Position numbers and translations under genes: made by a program. Shown here piece by piece: positions 46,069-54,177 of a DNA stretch of 64,000 bases. Positions within the stretch are counted from its first letter, which is position 1, and each line of letters begins with the position of its first letter. Origin of the DNA: Terracidiphilus sp. (GTDB lineage: Bacteria; Acidobacteriota; Terriglobia; Terriglobales; Acidobacteriaceae); the NCBI GenBank assembly GCA_035945795.1, contig DASYZU010000020.1, positions 7,199-71,198 on the forward strand, written 5' to 3'. Under the pieces are notes generated by a model that was given only the letters and a program-made list of their open reading frames with translations, did not search any database and was not told the DNA's origin.

Positions 46069-46104
46069 TCGTTTTGTTGCATGAAACAGTTCAGGCCGAT
46101 ACTT

Positions 46105-46215
46105 CTAAAACAGGAAACGGCCACCAAACTAGATAATGCGCTGGCCCACCGTAACCTGCAGGCCGCTGTAGTTGGAGTTCTGATTGGATCGAATGATCCA
46201 GATGTTGCTGTACAT
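46105..46215 (-). pseudogene. Tiny remnant of an Oar-type TonB-dependent receptor gene
   Basis: One frame reads MYSNIWIIRSNQNSNYSGLQVTVGQRII*FGGRFLF*. It joins a mid-barrel SNYxxLQ segment to the terminal RIIQFGGRFLF strand, with Q changed to stop (CAG to TAG). Confidence 0.75.
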
Positions 46216-46256
46216 CGGGCTGGCTGCCGACGCTAGAGCGTTGGAGTCTGCTCGCC

Positions 46257-47069
46257 CTATTGCGGCGGGGCGTTGCGGGGAATGATGGGCGTTCCTCCCT
46301 GGGGCATGCCCATCACATTCACTGTGGTTGCGGTAAAGGTTCCATCCTTGAGGGCGCCCTCGGCACGGACCATGTCGCCTGGCTGTATATCGGCGAGGGT
46401 GATTGGATCGCGGCGCTTGCGGAAAGTGGTATTTTCGTTGGCGACAAAGGCGTGAGGGGCGTTATCTGCCGAGCCCATGAGCGTGACCTGCACGCCGTCG
46501 ATGGCCGTGACCTTGCCCATGATCCATGTCTTGCCGTAGTTGGCCTGCATCTCCTGCATCTGCTTTGCGCGCTCGGGGTCAATTTGTGCAATGACGACCG
46601 CGCCCACGGATTTGGCCTTGGCATCCACTTCGCCCGTGGCGCCAATGGCATCACCGACCTTGATGTCGGTGGGTTTGATCTGCTCCGGCGGGTTGCCACC
46701 CCGGCCCATGCCGGCACCCTGGCCCTGGCCACCACCTCTTCCCTGCCCGCCGCCGGGGCCGCGCATGCCGGTCGGCATTTTGACGATGCGGGTGTTGACG
46801 CTGAAGTGGACGGTGTAGATTTCTCCGGTCTCGGTTTTCATTATGTAGTGGTCGGCAGCGACTTCAGTCACGGTTCCCATGAGCCCTCGGCCGCCGCCCA
46901 TGCCCATCCCCATGCCGCCATAGCCAGCCCGGCCGCCGCGCTGGCCATAACCGCCGGTTCCGTTTGCACCGCTCTGAGCGGTTGGGGGCGCAGTGTTTGC
47001 ATCCTGAGCACACGCGGCGGCGCCGAGCGCAAGCGAGAAGACGATTACAGGCAAACGACGGGTTTTCAT
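46257..47069 (-). CDS. Exported protein with repeated OB-like (DUF5666-type) domains and Gly-rich linkers
   Basis: AGGAG RBS before ATG 47069, signal peptide, two GxVT..V modules (GTVTEV...IKVGDAI; GKVTAIDG...IQPGDMVRAEG). Confidence 0.8.
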   Translation of the reverse strand: MKTRRLPVIVFSLALGAAACAQDANTAPPTAQSGANGTGGYGQRGGRAGYGGMGMGMGGGRGLMGTVTEVAADHYIMKTETGEIYTVHFSVNTRIVKMPTGMRGPGGGQGRGGGQGQGAGMGRGGNPPEQIKPTDIKVGDAIGATGEVDAKAKSVGAVVIAQIDPERAKQMQEMQANYGKTWIMGKVTAIDGVQVTLMGSADNAPHAFVANENTTFRKRRDPITLADIQPGDMVRAEGALKDGTFTATTVNVMGMPQGGTPIIPRNAPPQ

Positions 47070-47193
47070 GAAGACTCCTAGTATCGGGCGTGAATGCCAG
47101 TTGTGGGTTAGTTTGAAGGAGCATTCCCTCGGGGGATAAATGGATGGATTAAAATCCATCCCTACCAGCCCTTGCTCATTTTGCCCGGTTTAC

Positions 47194-47220
47194 GTACGGG
47201 TAAAGCCCGTACCCTTCAAA
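47194..47220. repeat. Short palindromic element of a second type
   Basis: GTACGGG-taaag-CCCGTAC followed by CCTTCAAA. Single copy in this window; repeat status is inferred. Confidence 0.4.
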
Positions 47221-47306
47221 CTTATCCAATACCGCATCACACTTACTTAGATAGACGTGAAAAACGAGTCGGGAGACGACGAGGTGGGCGCCGGAGCCTG
47301 TTCACA

Positions 47307-48236
47307 CTACTGAGGGGTGGATTGAGCGGCGATTAACTGCTGGAACTCGGGCAAGTCGCGGAGACCGAAAAAGCTGCCGTCGCCAGCGATTTTTTTGGGG
47401 GTCGTGAATCCCTCGTTTAGGGCCCTGCGCAGGTTCAGGATGGCGCATTCGGGTTTTCCAGCACTGGCGCAGGTCCTGGCCATGTAGTAATGCACGGCGC
47501 CGCGATGCTCGACGGATGTCGGGTTTTGGACGCTCGCTCCGCCATGTTCATCGAATACCTGCGGGTCGATGGCCTGTGCAGCCTTGTAAGCCTCCATGCC
47601 TTTCTTGTATTTGCGTTGGGCTAACAAATTGGAACCGAGATTCCTGAGGATCAGTGCGGAGTGGGGATCGATCTTGAGCGCTTTACGGTAATAGCGTTCG
47701 CCAACTCCGTATTGCTTCTGCGAGTCGTAAACGGTGGCCAGGTTGTTGAGAACCTGGGCGTTTTTTGGATCGAGCTTGAGCGAGGCGTTATAGCAACGGA
47801 TGGCGTCTTTCACGTTGAACATCATCTGGTAGGCAATGCCCATTTTGTTCCAGAGGGCGGGAGTTTGCTCTGTGGTCTTGGAGTATGCGGCGATGGCAGC
47901 CTGGTAGTGCTGGTGAATCGCCTGGGCATCGCCGACCTGCTCGGGAGTGGGCTGGACGGACGGTATGACTGTGATCGGCTGAGCGGTGGCCGGGGGCGGA
48001 GCGGCAGGCTGGTTCGGGTCCTGGATCGGAGGCTGGGCCGGAGCCTGGTTTGGTTCAGCGGGTTGAGTCGAAGGCTGTGGCGGAGCCGGTGCTGCAGTGG
48101 TCGCAGGAGCCGGTGCGGTGGTCTGTTCAGAAGGAGGCGGGGTAGAAACCTGGGCAATGAGAGCGTAGGGCCCGACCATAAAGGCCGCAAGAAGAGCCGC
48201 GACCGGCAGCCAATTATGATCTTCGAACCTGAACAT
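47307..48236 (-). CDS. Exported tetratricopeptide-repeat protein with Pro-rich linker
   Basis: Signal peptide, P/A/Q-rich linker, TPRs (WNKMGIAY, VLNNLATVY, YYMARTCA). Confidence 0.85.
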   Translation of the reverse strand: MFRFEDHNWLPVAALLAAFMVGPYALIAQVSTPPPSEQTTAPAPATTAAPAPPQPSTQPAEPNQAPAQPPIQDPNQPAAPPPATAQPITVIPSVQPTPEQVGDAQAIHQHYQAAIAAYSKTTEQTPALWNKMGIAYQMMFNVKDAIRCYNASLKLDPKNAQVLNNLATVYDSQKQYGVGERYYRKALKIDPHSALILRNLGSNLLAQRKYKKGMEAYKAAQAIDPQVFDEHGGASVQNPTSVEHRGAVHYYMARTCASAGKPECAILNLRRALNEGFTTPKKIAGDGSFFGLRDLPEFQQLIAAQSTPQ

Positions 48237-48381
48237 ACTTCCCTCTCTGCAAATTTCCCTCCCGGCAAAGGGAATCACGGGCGATCAACAAGTCATGCTG
48301 TTCAATGGCCGTTGTATGGCCGTCCACTGGAATTAGAACACCAAATGATAGCTGAGGTTAGCGAAGACGCCAAGAATCCGT

Positions 48382-49797
48382 GTGATGGGATGCAAATTCG
48401 TGTCGCGGGACGGTAAGGGGTTCGCGGTACACTTCTTTGAAGAGTTGGAGGCAAGCACCATGCGAACAACGGCTGCGGACAATGCGCAGGTGGAGGCGGG
48501 CGTCCGGTTTGGCGCGGCGCGGCGGCGGACGCTGGAGTTGTGCGCAGGGCTGACGGCCGAGGACATGATGGTTCAGTCGTGCCCTGAGGCGTCGCCGGCC
48601 AAGTGGCATCTGGCGCACACGGCCTGGTTCTTCGAATCGTTTGTGCTGCGGGAGTTCGTGTCCGGGTACCGGCCGTTCGATGCGGATTTTCATTGGTTGT
48701 TCAACAGCTATTACGAGGGCTTTTCAGCGTTCCCCGAGAAGCGGCTGCGGTCTTCCTTTTCCCGGCCGGCGCTGGAAGATATCCTGCGCTACCGGGAGCA
48801 CGTGGACCTGGGCATCGAACGCTTGCTCGAAGCGGGAGCGGAACCGGAGGCGCTCAGGCGAATCGAACTGGGCGTAAACCACGAGGAACAGCACCAGGAG
48901 CTTTTGCTCACTGACATTCTTCACGCGTTTTTTACCAATCCGTTGCGGCCGGTTTACAAGAATGGTGCGAATCTGGATTCCCAGATGGCTGAGTTAAAGG
49001 GTGGAGGTTCCTCGGTTCCCAGATCTGAAGATCCAGATCTGGGGCACCCGAACGGAAGGCCGGCGCTGGAATTCCAGCAGTTTGAGGGTGGCATGATCGA
49101 GGTTGGATGCGACGGCAAAGGCTTCTGCTTCGACAATGAGCTTCCGCGTCACCGCGCGTGGCTGGAACCGTTTTCGATTGCACGGCGCCTGGTAACCTGC
49201 GGCGAGTTTGCCGAGTTCATGGCCGATGGCGGCTACCGCAGGCCGGAGCTTTGGCTTTCGGCGGGATGGAACGCGGTGAAGAGCAACGACTGGCGTTCGC
49301 CGCTCTATTGGACGAACGAAGGCGATGCATGGCGCGTCTTTACCCTGCGCGGCTATTTGCCGCTGGAAGAGGTGGAGTCGTCGCCCGTCAGCCACGTGAG
49401 CTTCTATGAGGCCGATGCTTATTCGCGCTGGGCGGGCCGGCGGCTGCCGACAGAGTTTGAGTGGGAGACCGCGGCCGAGGGGCAACCCGTGGAAGGGAAC
49501 CTGCTCGATTCGGGGCTGCTGGTCCCGGTGTCCCCAACAGCACGCGTCTTAAAGCAGTGCCCCACCCCGCTATTCGGGGATTGTTGGGTGTGGACGGCCA
49601 GCGCATACCTGGGATATCCGGGATTCCGGGCGCTCGAGGGAGCGCTGGGCGAGTACAACGGCAAGTTCATGAGCGGGCAGATGGTGCTGCGCGGCGGTTC
49701 GTGCGTTACGCCGGCCACGCATATTCGCGCCAGTTACCGGAATTTTTTTGCCCCTGAGACACGCTGGCAATTCTCAGGAATTCGTTTGGCTTTTTAG
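48382..49797 (+). CDS. egtB: Ergothioneine biosynthesis sulfoxide synthase EgtB
   Basis: QSCPEASPAKWHLAHTAWFFE, FNSYY, HEEQHQEL (Fe triad), and FGE-sulfatase domain RLPTEFEWE, YNGKFM, VLRGGS, YRNFF, WQFSGIRLA. Confidence 0.95.
   Translation: MMGCKFVSRDGKGFAVHFFEELEASTMRTTAADNAQVEAGVRFGAARRRTLELCAGLTAEDMMVQSCPEASPAKWHLAHTAWFFESFVLREFVSGYRPFDADFHWLFNSYYEGFSAFPEKRLRSSFSRPALEDILRYREHVDLGIERLLEAGAEPEALRRIELGVNHEEQHQELLLTDILHAFFTNPLRPVYKNGANLDSQMAELKGGGSSVPRSEDPDLGHPNGRPALEFQQFEGGMIEVGCDGKGFCFDNELPRHRAWLEPFSIARRLVTCGEFAEFMADGGYRRPELWLSAGWNAVKSNDWRSPLYWTNEGDAWRVFTLRGYLPLEEVESSPVSHVSFYEADAYSRWAGRRLPTEFEWETAAEGQPVEGNLLDSGLLVPVSPTARVLKQCPTPLFGDCWVWTASAYLGYPGFRALEGALGEYNGKFMSGQMVLRGGSCVTPATHIRASYRNFFAPETRWQFSGIRLAF
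49017..49049 (+). repeat. REP-like palindromic element (copy 2), in frame inside egtB
   Basis: TCCCAGATCTG-aagatc-CAGATCTGGGGCACCC, a perfect 10-bp stem, translated as VPRSEDPDLGHP in the inter-domain linker. Confidence 0.7.
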
Positions 49798-49834
49798 TAA
49801 CCCTTTGCGTGCACTGGAGCATCAAACAGACCGC

Positions 49835-50899
49835 ATGACAACTTTTGCTTTCCCCACATTTGCTGGACACATTGCAGAACAAGTCGCAGACGAACTTGCC
49901 GCAAGAGAACCCGTTGTTGCGGAGCCAGTTTCGGAACCGATCGTTGACGGGCATGTTGCCGCGGCCGTGCGCGCCGGGCTGAACTCCCGGCCCAAGCGGT
50001 TGCCTCCGTGGCTGTTTTACGACAAGGCCGGGTCGCGATTGTTTGACGAAATCACCGAGCGGCCAGAGTACTACTTGACGCGCACGGAGCGCGGCATTCT
50101 GGCAGCCAATGCGGACGCGATGATTGCGCAAGCTGCCGATGGGGCCCGGCTGCGGATTACGGAACTCGGCGCCGGTTCAGCGGACAAGACGCGGATTCTG
50201 CTGAAGGCTGTGGTTGCGCATCAGGGGACAGTGGTCTACGAGCCGGTGGATGTCTCAGCCAGCGCGCTCGAAGCGGCCAAAAAAAGAATCGAGCGCGAGA
50301 TTCCCGAAGTGCTCGTTACCCCGCGGGTGATGGACTACACGCGAGGGAGCGGACGCGGCCTGCATCTGGAGCCAACCCCGGCCGGCGAACGCCGCCTCGT
50401 GCTCTATATCGGCTCCAGCATCGGCAACTTCGAGCCCCGTGAAGCGATGCGGTTGCTGCAACGTGTGCGGGCCGGGCTGAACCCCGGCGACGGGCTGCTG
50501 CTGGGCGTGGACCTGGTGAAGGATGAGGCGACGCTGCTGGCCGCCTATGACGATGCGGCCGGGGTGACGGCTGACTTCAACCTGAACCTGCTGGCGAGAC
50601 TGAATCGCGAACTGGGAGCCGAGTTCCCGCTGGACAGCTTCGAGCACCACGCCGTTTGGAACCAGGTAGAGTCACGGATAGAAATGCACCTCGAGAGCCG
50701 GGTCGCACAGAAGATCTCACTTTCAGCGCTTGATTTGGAAGTGGAATTTGCGCAGGGCGAGACGATCCATACAGAGAACAGCTACAAGTATCGGCCCGGA
50801 CAGGCGGAAGTCACGCTGGCTGCGGCGAGGTTTGTTCCGGCGGGCAGCTGGACGGATGAGCGTGGTTGGTTCGGGGTTTGCGTGGGGCGGGCGGAGTAA
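49835..50899 (+). CDS. egtD: L-histidine N-alpha-trimethyltransferase EgtD
   Basis: KRLPPWLFYDKAGSRLFDEITERPEYYLTRTE, ELGAGSADKT, GSSIGNF, GVDLVKD, AYDDAAGVTADFNLNLL, IEMHL, IHTENSYKY. Confidence 0.95.
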   Translation: MTTFAFPTFAGHIAEQVADELAAREPVVAEPVSEPIVDGHVAAAVRAGLNSRPKRLPPWLFYDKAGSRLFDEITERPEYYLTRTERGILAANADAMIAQAADGARLRITELGAGSADKTRILLKAVVAHQGTVVYEPVDVSASALEAAKKRIEREIPEVLVTPRVMDYTRGSGRGLHLEPTPAGERRLVLYIGSSIGNFEPREAMRLLQRVRAGLNPGDGLLLGVDLVKDEATLLAAYDDAAGVTADFNLNLLARLNRELGAEFPLDSFEHHAVWNQVESRIEMHLESRVAQKISLSALDLEVEFAQGETIHTENSYKYRPGQAEVTLAAARFVPAGSWTDERGWFGVCVGRAE

Positions 50900-50936
50900 G
50901 GCTGTTTAGTTTCGCGGCTCCGTCAGAATCGCCATC

Positions 50937-51254
50937 TTATGCACTCTGTTCCGGTTCCGGCGAAACGTCCTGATCCTGTTTCTCCACGTGCGGGAAATAG
51001 AGCCATCGTAACAGGACATAAACTATGAGCAGCAGGAACACCGACACGAGCAGTTGAGCAAGTATTGACTCGATCAACGCCGCGCGGGGTGCACCAACGG
51101 AATAATTTTCCGAGTACTGCCGTTGCTGTAGCCAAACTGTAATGGGATTGACAGCGACTCTCACTATTTGCGAGATGCCTTGCGATAACAAGAGGCCAAT
51201 AGCGATCGCACCCACAAAACTATCGACAAGTGCGGTCTTCACTCGTTCAAGCAT
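50937..51254 (-). CDS. Small 2-TM membrane protein (paralog B)
   Basis: GAGGAGG RBS, LVDSFVGAIAIGLLL, two hydrophobic helices. Confidence 0.75.
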   Translation of the reverse strand: MLERVKTALVDSFVGAIAIGLLLSQGISQIVRVAVNPITVWLQQRQYSENYSVGAPRAALIESILAQLLVSVFLLLIVYVLLRWLYFPHVEKQDQDVSPEPEQSA

Positions 51255-51609
51255 CTTTCCTCCTCATAAGTTTGTCCCGGTAATTGCGTAAAATGCGCAT
51301 TGGACCTGTGCCGTAGGCCCAGCGCGAAATCAGCCAAGCGCAAGCCAGATTGTTTAATGCAACGGATAGGTCAAAAAGGGATGCTTGCAAGCTCACATTT
51401 CGAGCCGCGTAATCCACAGTGCGGGGGATGTACGGAGGACTATTGGTCGCCACGGCTATGGTCAGGAAGGATAAAACACGGGAAGCGGGATCAAAAAGAG
51501 CTATGAATACGAACTCAATGGCCCCAGCGAGCAATACAGCGATCGCGATAGCGGCGACGTGGGAATCAATCAGGACCTTGCGAAGAGTGGCTTGCATAGT
51601 TTCTGGCAT
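51247..51609 (-). CDS. Small 2-TM membrane protein (paralog A)
   Basis: LIDSHVAAIAIAVLL. The ORF-track start (51666) lies inside a REP-like repeat, so the true start is probably 51609 or 51597. Confidence 0.7.
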   Translation of the reverse strand: MPETMQATLRKVLIDSHVAAIAIAVLLAGAIEFVFIALFDPASRVLSFLTIAVATNSPPYIPRTVDYAARNVSLQASLFDLSVALNNLACAWLISRWAYGTGPMRILRNYRDKLMRRKDA

Positions 51610-51619
51610 TTGAGCATTT

Positions 51620-51668
51620 GTGGAATCCCACCCTTTCGCCAGAATAAAGGCGAAAGGATGGGGCACGG
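51620..51668 (+). repeat. REP-like palindromic element (copy 3)
   Basis: GTGG-AATCCCACCCTTTCGCC-agaataaa-GGCGAAAGGATGGGGCACGG: a GTGG tag followed by an imperfect 14-bp stem. Confidence 0.75.
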
Positions 51669-51687
51669 AACTTCTTGTTGGACCGCT

Positions 51688-52926
51688 CTATTTTGGCGCG
51701 GCGATTCTTACCAGCAGAATGTCGTGGCTGCCGAGTTCGATGGACTGGTTATCAGTGAGCGTCACGCCCTTGCCTGTCCACAGGTCTTTGCCCTTCTCGG
51801 GGCCCTTGAGACCTAGCTTGGCAAGGCTCAGATGGAAGGGATGGCTGGCGACGCGGTCGGCGCCGACGTTGAGGACGGCGATGGCCATTGCTCCGCCGGA
51901 GAGATGGCGTGTCCAGACTTCGACTTCGCCGTCGGCGTAGGCGCGCGTTCCCTGATGACCCAGCTTGTCCTGATCGATGGCGATGACGTCTTTGTTGGTG
52001 AGGATGGCGTTGACCTCGGGCTTCATGTTGGGCAGATCGTTGCCGGCGAGCAGCGGCGCGGCCATCATGGCCCACATGGAGAAGTGCGCGCGGTTTTCAG
52101 CCAGCGTCAGCTTGCCGTTGCCCACTTCGAGCATGTCGGGATCGTTCCAGTGGCCAGGACCCGCATATTTGGCAAGCCCTGCATTCTTGTTGATGATGTC
52201 GTAGATGCTCATCCAGTTGGCCTGCACGTCGCCGGTGGTGCGCCACAGGTTGCCGCCCAGCGCCGGCGCCCATTCCCACGGTGCATCCCAGCCGTACTGG
52301 CAGAGCGAGTAGACAATGGGGCGGCCGCTGGCCTTAAGCGCCTTGCCCATCTTGTCGTAGGCGGCGACCATGAGACGCATCTGCTCGGCCTTGTCGTCAG
52401 GGGCCTGCTTGGCCATCACGTCCTGCCGGAAGCTGCACAGGTCGTACTTCAGATAGTCGATGCCCCAGGAGGCGTAAAGCTGCGCGTCCTGGACCTCATG
52501 GTCGAGCGAGGCGGCGTATTTGGCGCAGGTCTTGGTGCCCGGGCCGGAGTAGATGCCGATCTTGAGGCCCTTGGAGTGAACGTAATCGGCGAGCGCCTTC
52601 ATATCAGGAAATTTGTCGTTGGTGTGCAGCACGCCGTTCGCGTCGCGCTCGCCTTCCCAGGTGTCGTCGATGTTGACGTAGATATAGCCGGCGTCTTTCA
52701 TGCCGGTGGCTACAATCTGGTCGGCTGCGCCGCGGACATCCTTGTCGGTGACTCTGCGGGCGAAAAAGTTCCAACTGTTCCAGCCCATGGGCGGGGTGGG
52801 AGCGATGATCTGCGCTGCGGGTTTGTGCGGCTTCGCGGCGGCTGGAGCTGCGGCTGGAGTTTGGGCTGAAGTTGTAAACGATGCCAATGCAAGAACTGCT
52901 AAGGACAGCGAAGCGAAAAGGCGCAT
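51688..52926 (-). CDS. GH27 alpha-galactosidase
   Basis: TPPMGWNSWN, YVNIDDTW, KFPDMKALADYVHSKGLKIGIYS, YLKYDLC (nucleophile), WRTTGD (acid/base), WNDPDMLEVG. Confidence 0.95.
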   Translation of the reverse strand: MRLFASLSLAVLALASFTTSAQTPAAAPAAAKPHKPAAQIIAPTPPMGWNSWNFFARRVTDKDVRGAADQIVATGMKDAGYIYVNIDDTWEGERDANGVLHTNDKFPDMKALADYVHSKGLKIGIYSGPGTKTCAKYAASLDHEVQDAQLYASWGIDYLKYDLCSFRQDVMAKQAPDDKAEQMRLMVAAYDKMGKALKASGRPIVYSLCQYGWDAPWEWAPALGGNLWRTTGDVQANWMSIYDIINKNAGLAKYAGPGHWNDPDMLEVGNGKLTLAENRAHFSMWAMMAAPLLAGNDLPNMKPEVNAILTNKDVIAIDQDKLGHQGTRAYADGEVEVWTRHLSGGAMAIAVLNVGADRVASHPFHLSLAKLGLKGPEKGKDLWTGKGVTLTDNQSIELGSHDILLVRIAAPK

Positions 52927-52998
52927 GATTATCCTCTGAAAACGATCTCCGGGAATACTATGCCGTGGGAGTTGGGTTGGGCAATGGGCGGCTCGCTG

Positions 52999-53369
52999 CT
53001 ACCGGATGGGTTCGCCAAAACGCAGCGTGTTGCCGTCGGCGTCAGTCACATAGAACTCGCGGATGCCCCATGTCTGATCCATGGTCCGCGATGAACCGGC
53101 GAATCTTCATGTCCGGATGTCTCGAGTCCGCGCGCGACATATTTTGCGAAGAGGCGATCCACATCTTGCGCGCGCAAATTGATTGCGTACCCAAACGCAC
53201 CATCGCCTGCATGCTGTGAAAGTTGAATCTCCACACCGCCCTGAACCAGATCGATGACCCAATCGGAATCGCTCGCTACGGGATACTTCTTTTCAAAATC
53301 CAGAACGCACGTATAGAACGCCAGCGCCCGCTTTATATCGCTGCAACGGATGACAGGGATCGCCCGCAT
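52999..53369 (-). pseudogene. VOC/glyoxalase-bleomycin resistance family gene with a 1-nt frameshift near 53080
   Basis: Frame 1 reads ...SPVHRGP; the shifted frame continues [26 protein letters not shown] (stop 52999-53001), the canonical VOC C-terminus. Pseudogene or sequencing error. Confidence 0.85.
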
Positions 53370-53398
53370 GGCTTCAATTTGCTACGGGTTCCGCTTGT

Positions 53399-54070
53399 TC
53401 AGCCGAAGAGGTTGTCGATTTTCTGATTCAGGGCCGCGACTTGCTGGCGCAACTCATCGATTGCGGCTTCCAGGCGGTCCATCCGTTCTTGACTTACGCT
53501 GTTATCGGTGATGGAATCCTGGCCTGATACGGGGTCGATGGAGATGATATGGATGGACTCGACCGGACCGGAAAGCAGGTGCGCGTAGCGGGCTTCCTTG
53601 GTGCCCGGCAGGCGCGGAAGAACTGCGGCCAGCGAAGGGTCGCGGTCCATCAGCTTCTGTATGCCGGCGAGCACGTCGGCGATCTCTTCAAAGCGGTGCA
53701 GGCGCTCGGTGCGGCCGCGCAGCTCGCCGGGAGTCTGCGGGCCGCGGAGAAGGAGCACACAGAGCAGCGCCGTCTCAGCGCGGCTGAAGTTGAAGGCCTC
53801 GCCGAGCCAGTGCTCGTACTTGGTGACGCGGCCATCGGAGGAGCGCGCGCGGCCGGCCAAGCGCTTGTCCTCAAGACCGTGCAGGGCCTGGCGCACGTCA
53901 TCCTCGTCGAGGTTCATCACCGGCTCGCGGTTCGAGCGCTGATTGCATGCGTTGATGAGCGCATTGAGTGAGAGCGGATAGTAGTCGGGGGTGGTGACTT
54001 CCTTTTCAACAAGCGAGCCGAGGACGCGTGCCTGGGCGGCGGTGAGCAGGATGGGTTGCGTGGGCAGCAT
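53399..54070 (-). CDS. YceH / DUF480 family protein
   Basis: ARVLGSLVEKEVTTPDYYPLSLNALINACNQRSNREPVM, LLLRGPQTPGELRGRTERL, REARYAHLL-like motif. Confidence 0.92.
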   Translation of the reverse strand: MLPTQPILLTAAQARVLGSLVEKEVTTPDYYPLSLNALINACNQRSNREPVMNLDEDDVRQALHGLEDKRLAGRARSSDGRVTKYEHWLGEAFNFSRAETALLCVLLLRGPQTPGELRGRTERLHRFEEIADVLAGIQKLMDRDPSLAAVLPRLPGTKEARYAHLLSGPVESIHIISIDPVSGQDSITDNSVSQERMDRLEAAIDELRQQVAALNQKIDNLFG

Positions 54071-54177
54071 GGGATCCTCTTCACAATGCCCGTCTACCCG
54101 GCCCCGCGTCAAATCTTCCAGTTGGAATGGGATGGCTTGCGATCGGCACCCGTGCTTCGTTTTGATCGGCTCGGGGA

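Noticed and set aside
46700-46960. GGC/GGT-rich repeats in the DUF5666-type gene
   Set aside because: They encode ordinary Gly-rich linkers, with no fixed-period DNA repeat.
48382-49797. Selenoneine (senA) cluster or selenocysteine recoding
   Set aside because: No senB or senC (SelD-like) gene adjacent and no in-frame TGA in the genes examined.
51610-51666. N-terminal extension MPHPFAFILAKGWDSTNAQ of the 51247 ORF
   Set aside because: It is the translation of the REP-like palindrome; homology to the paralog starts downstream.
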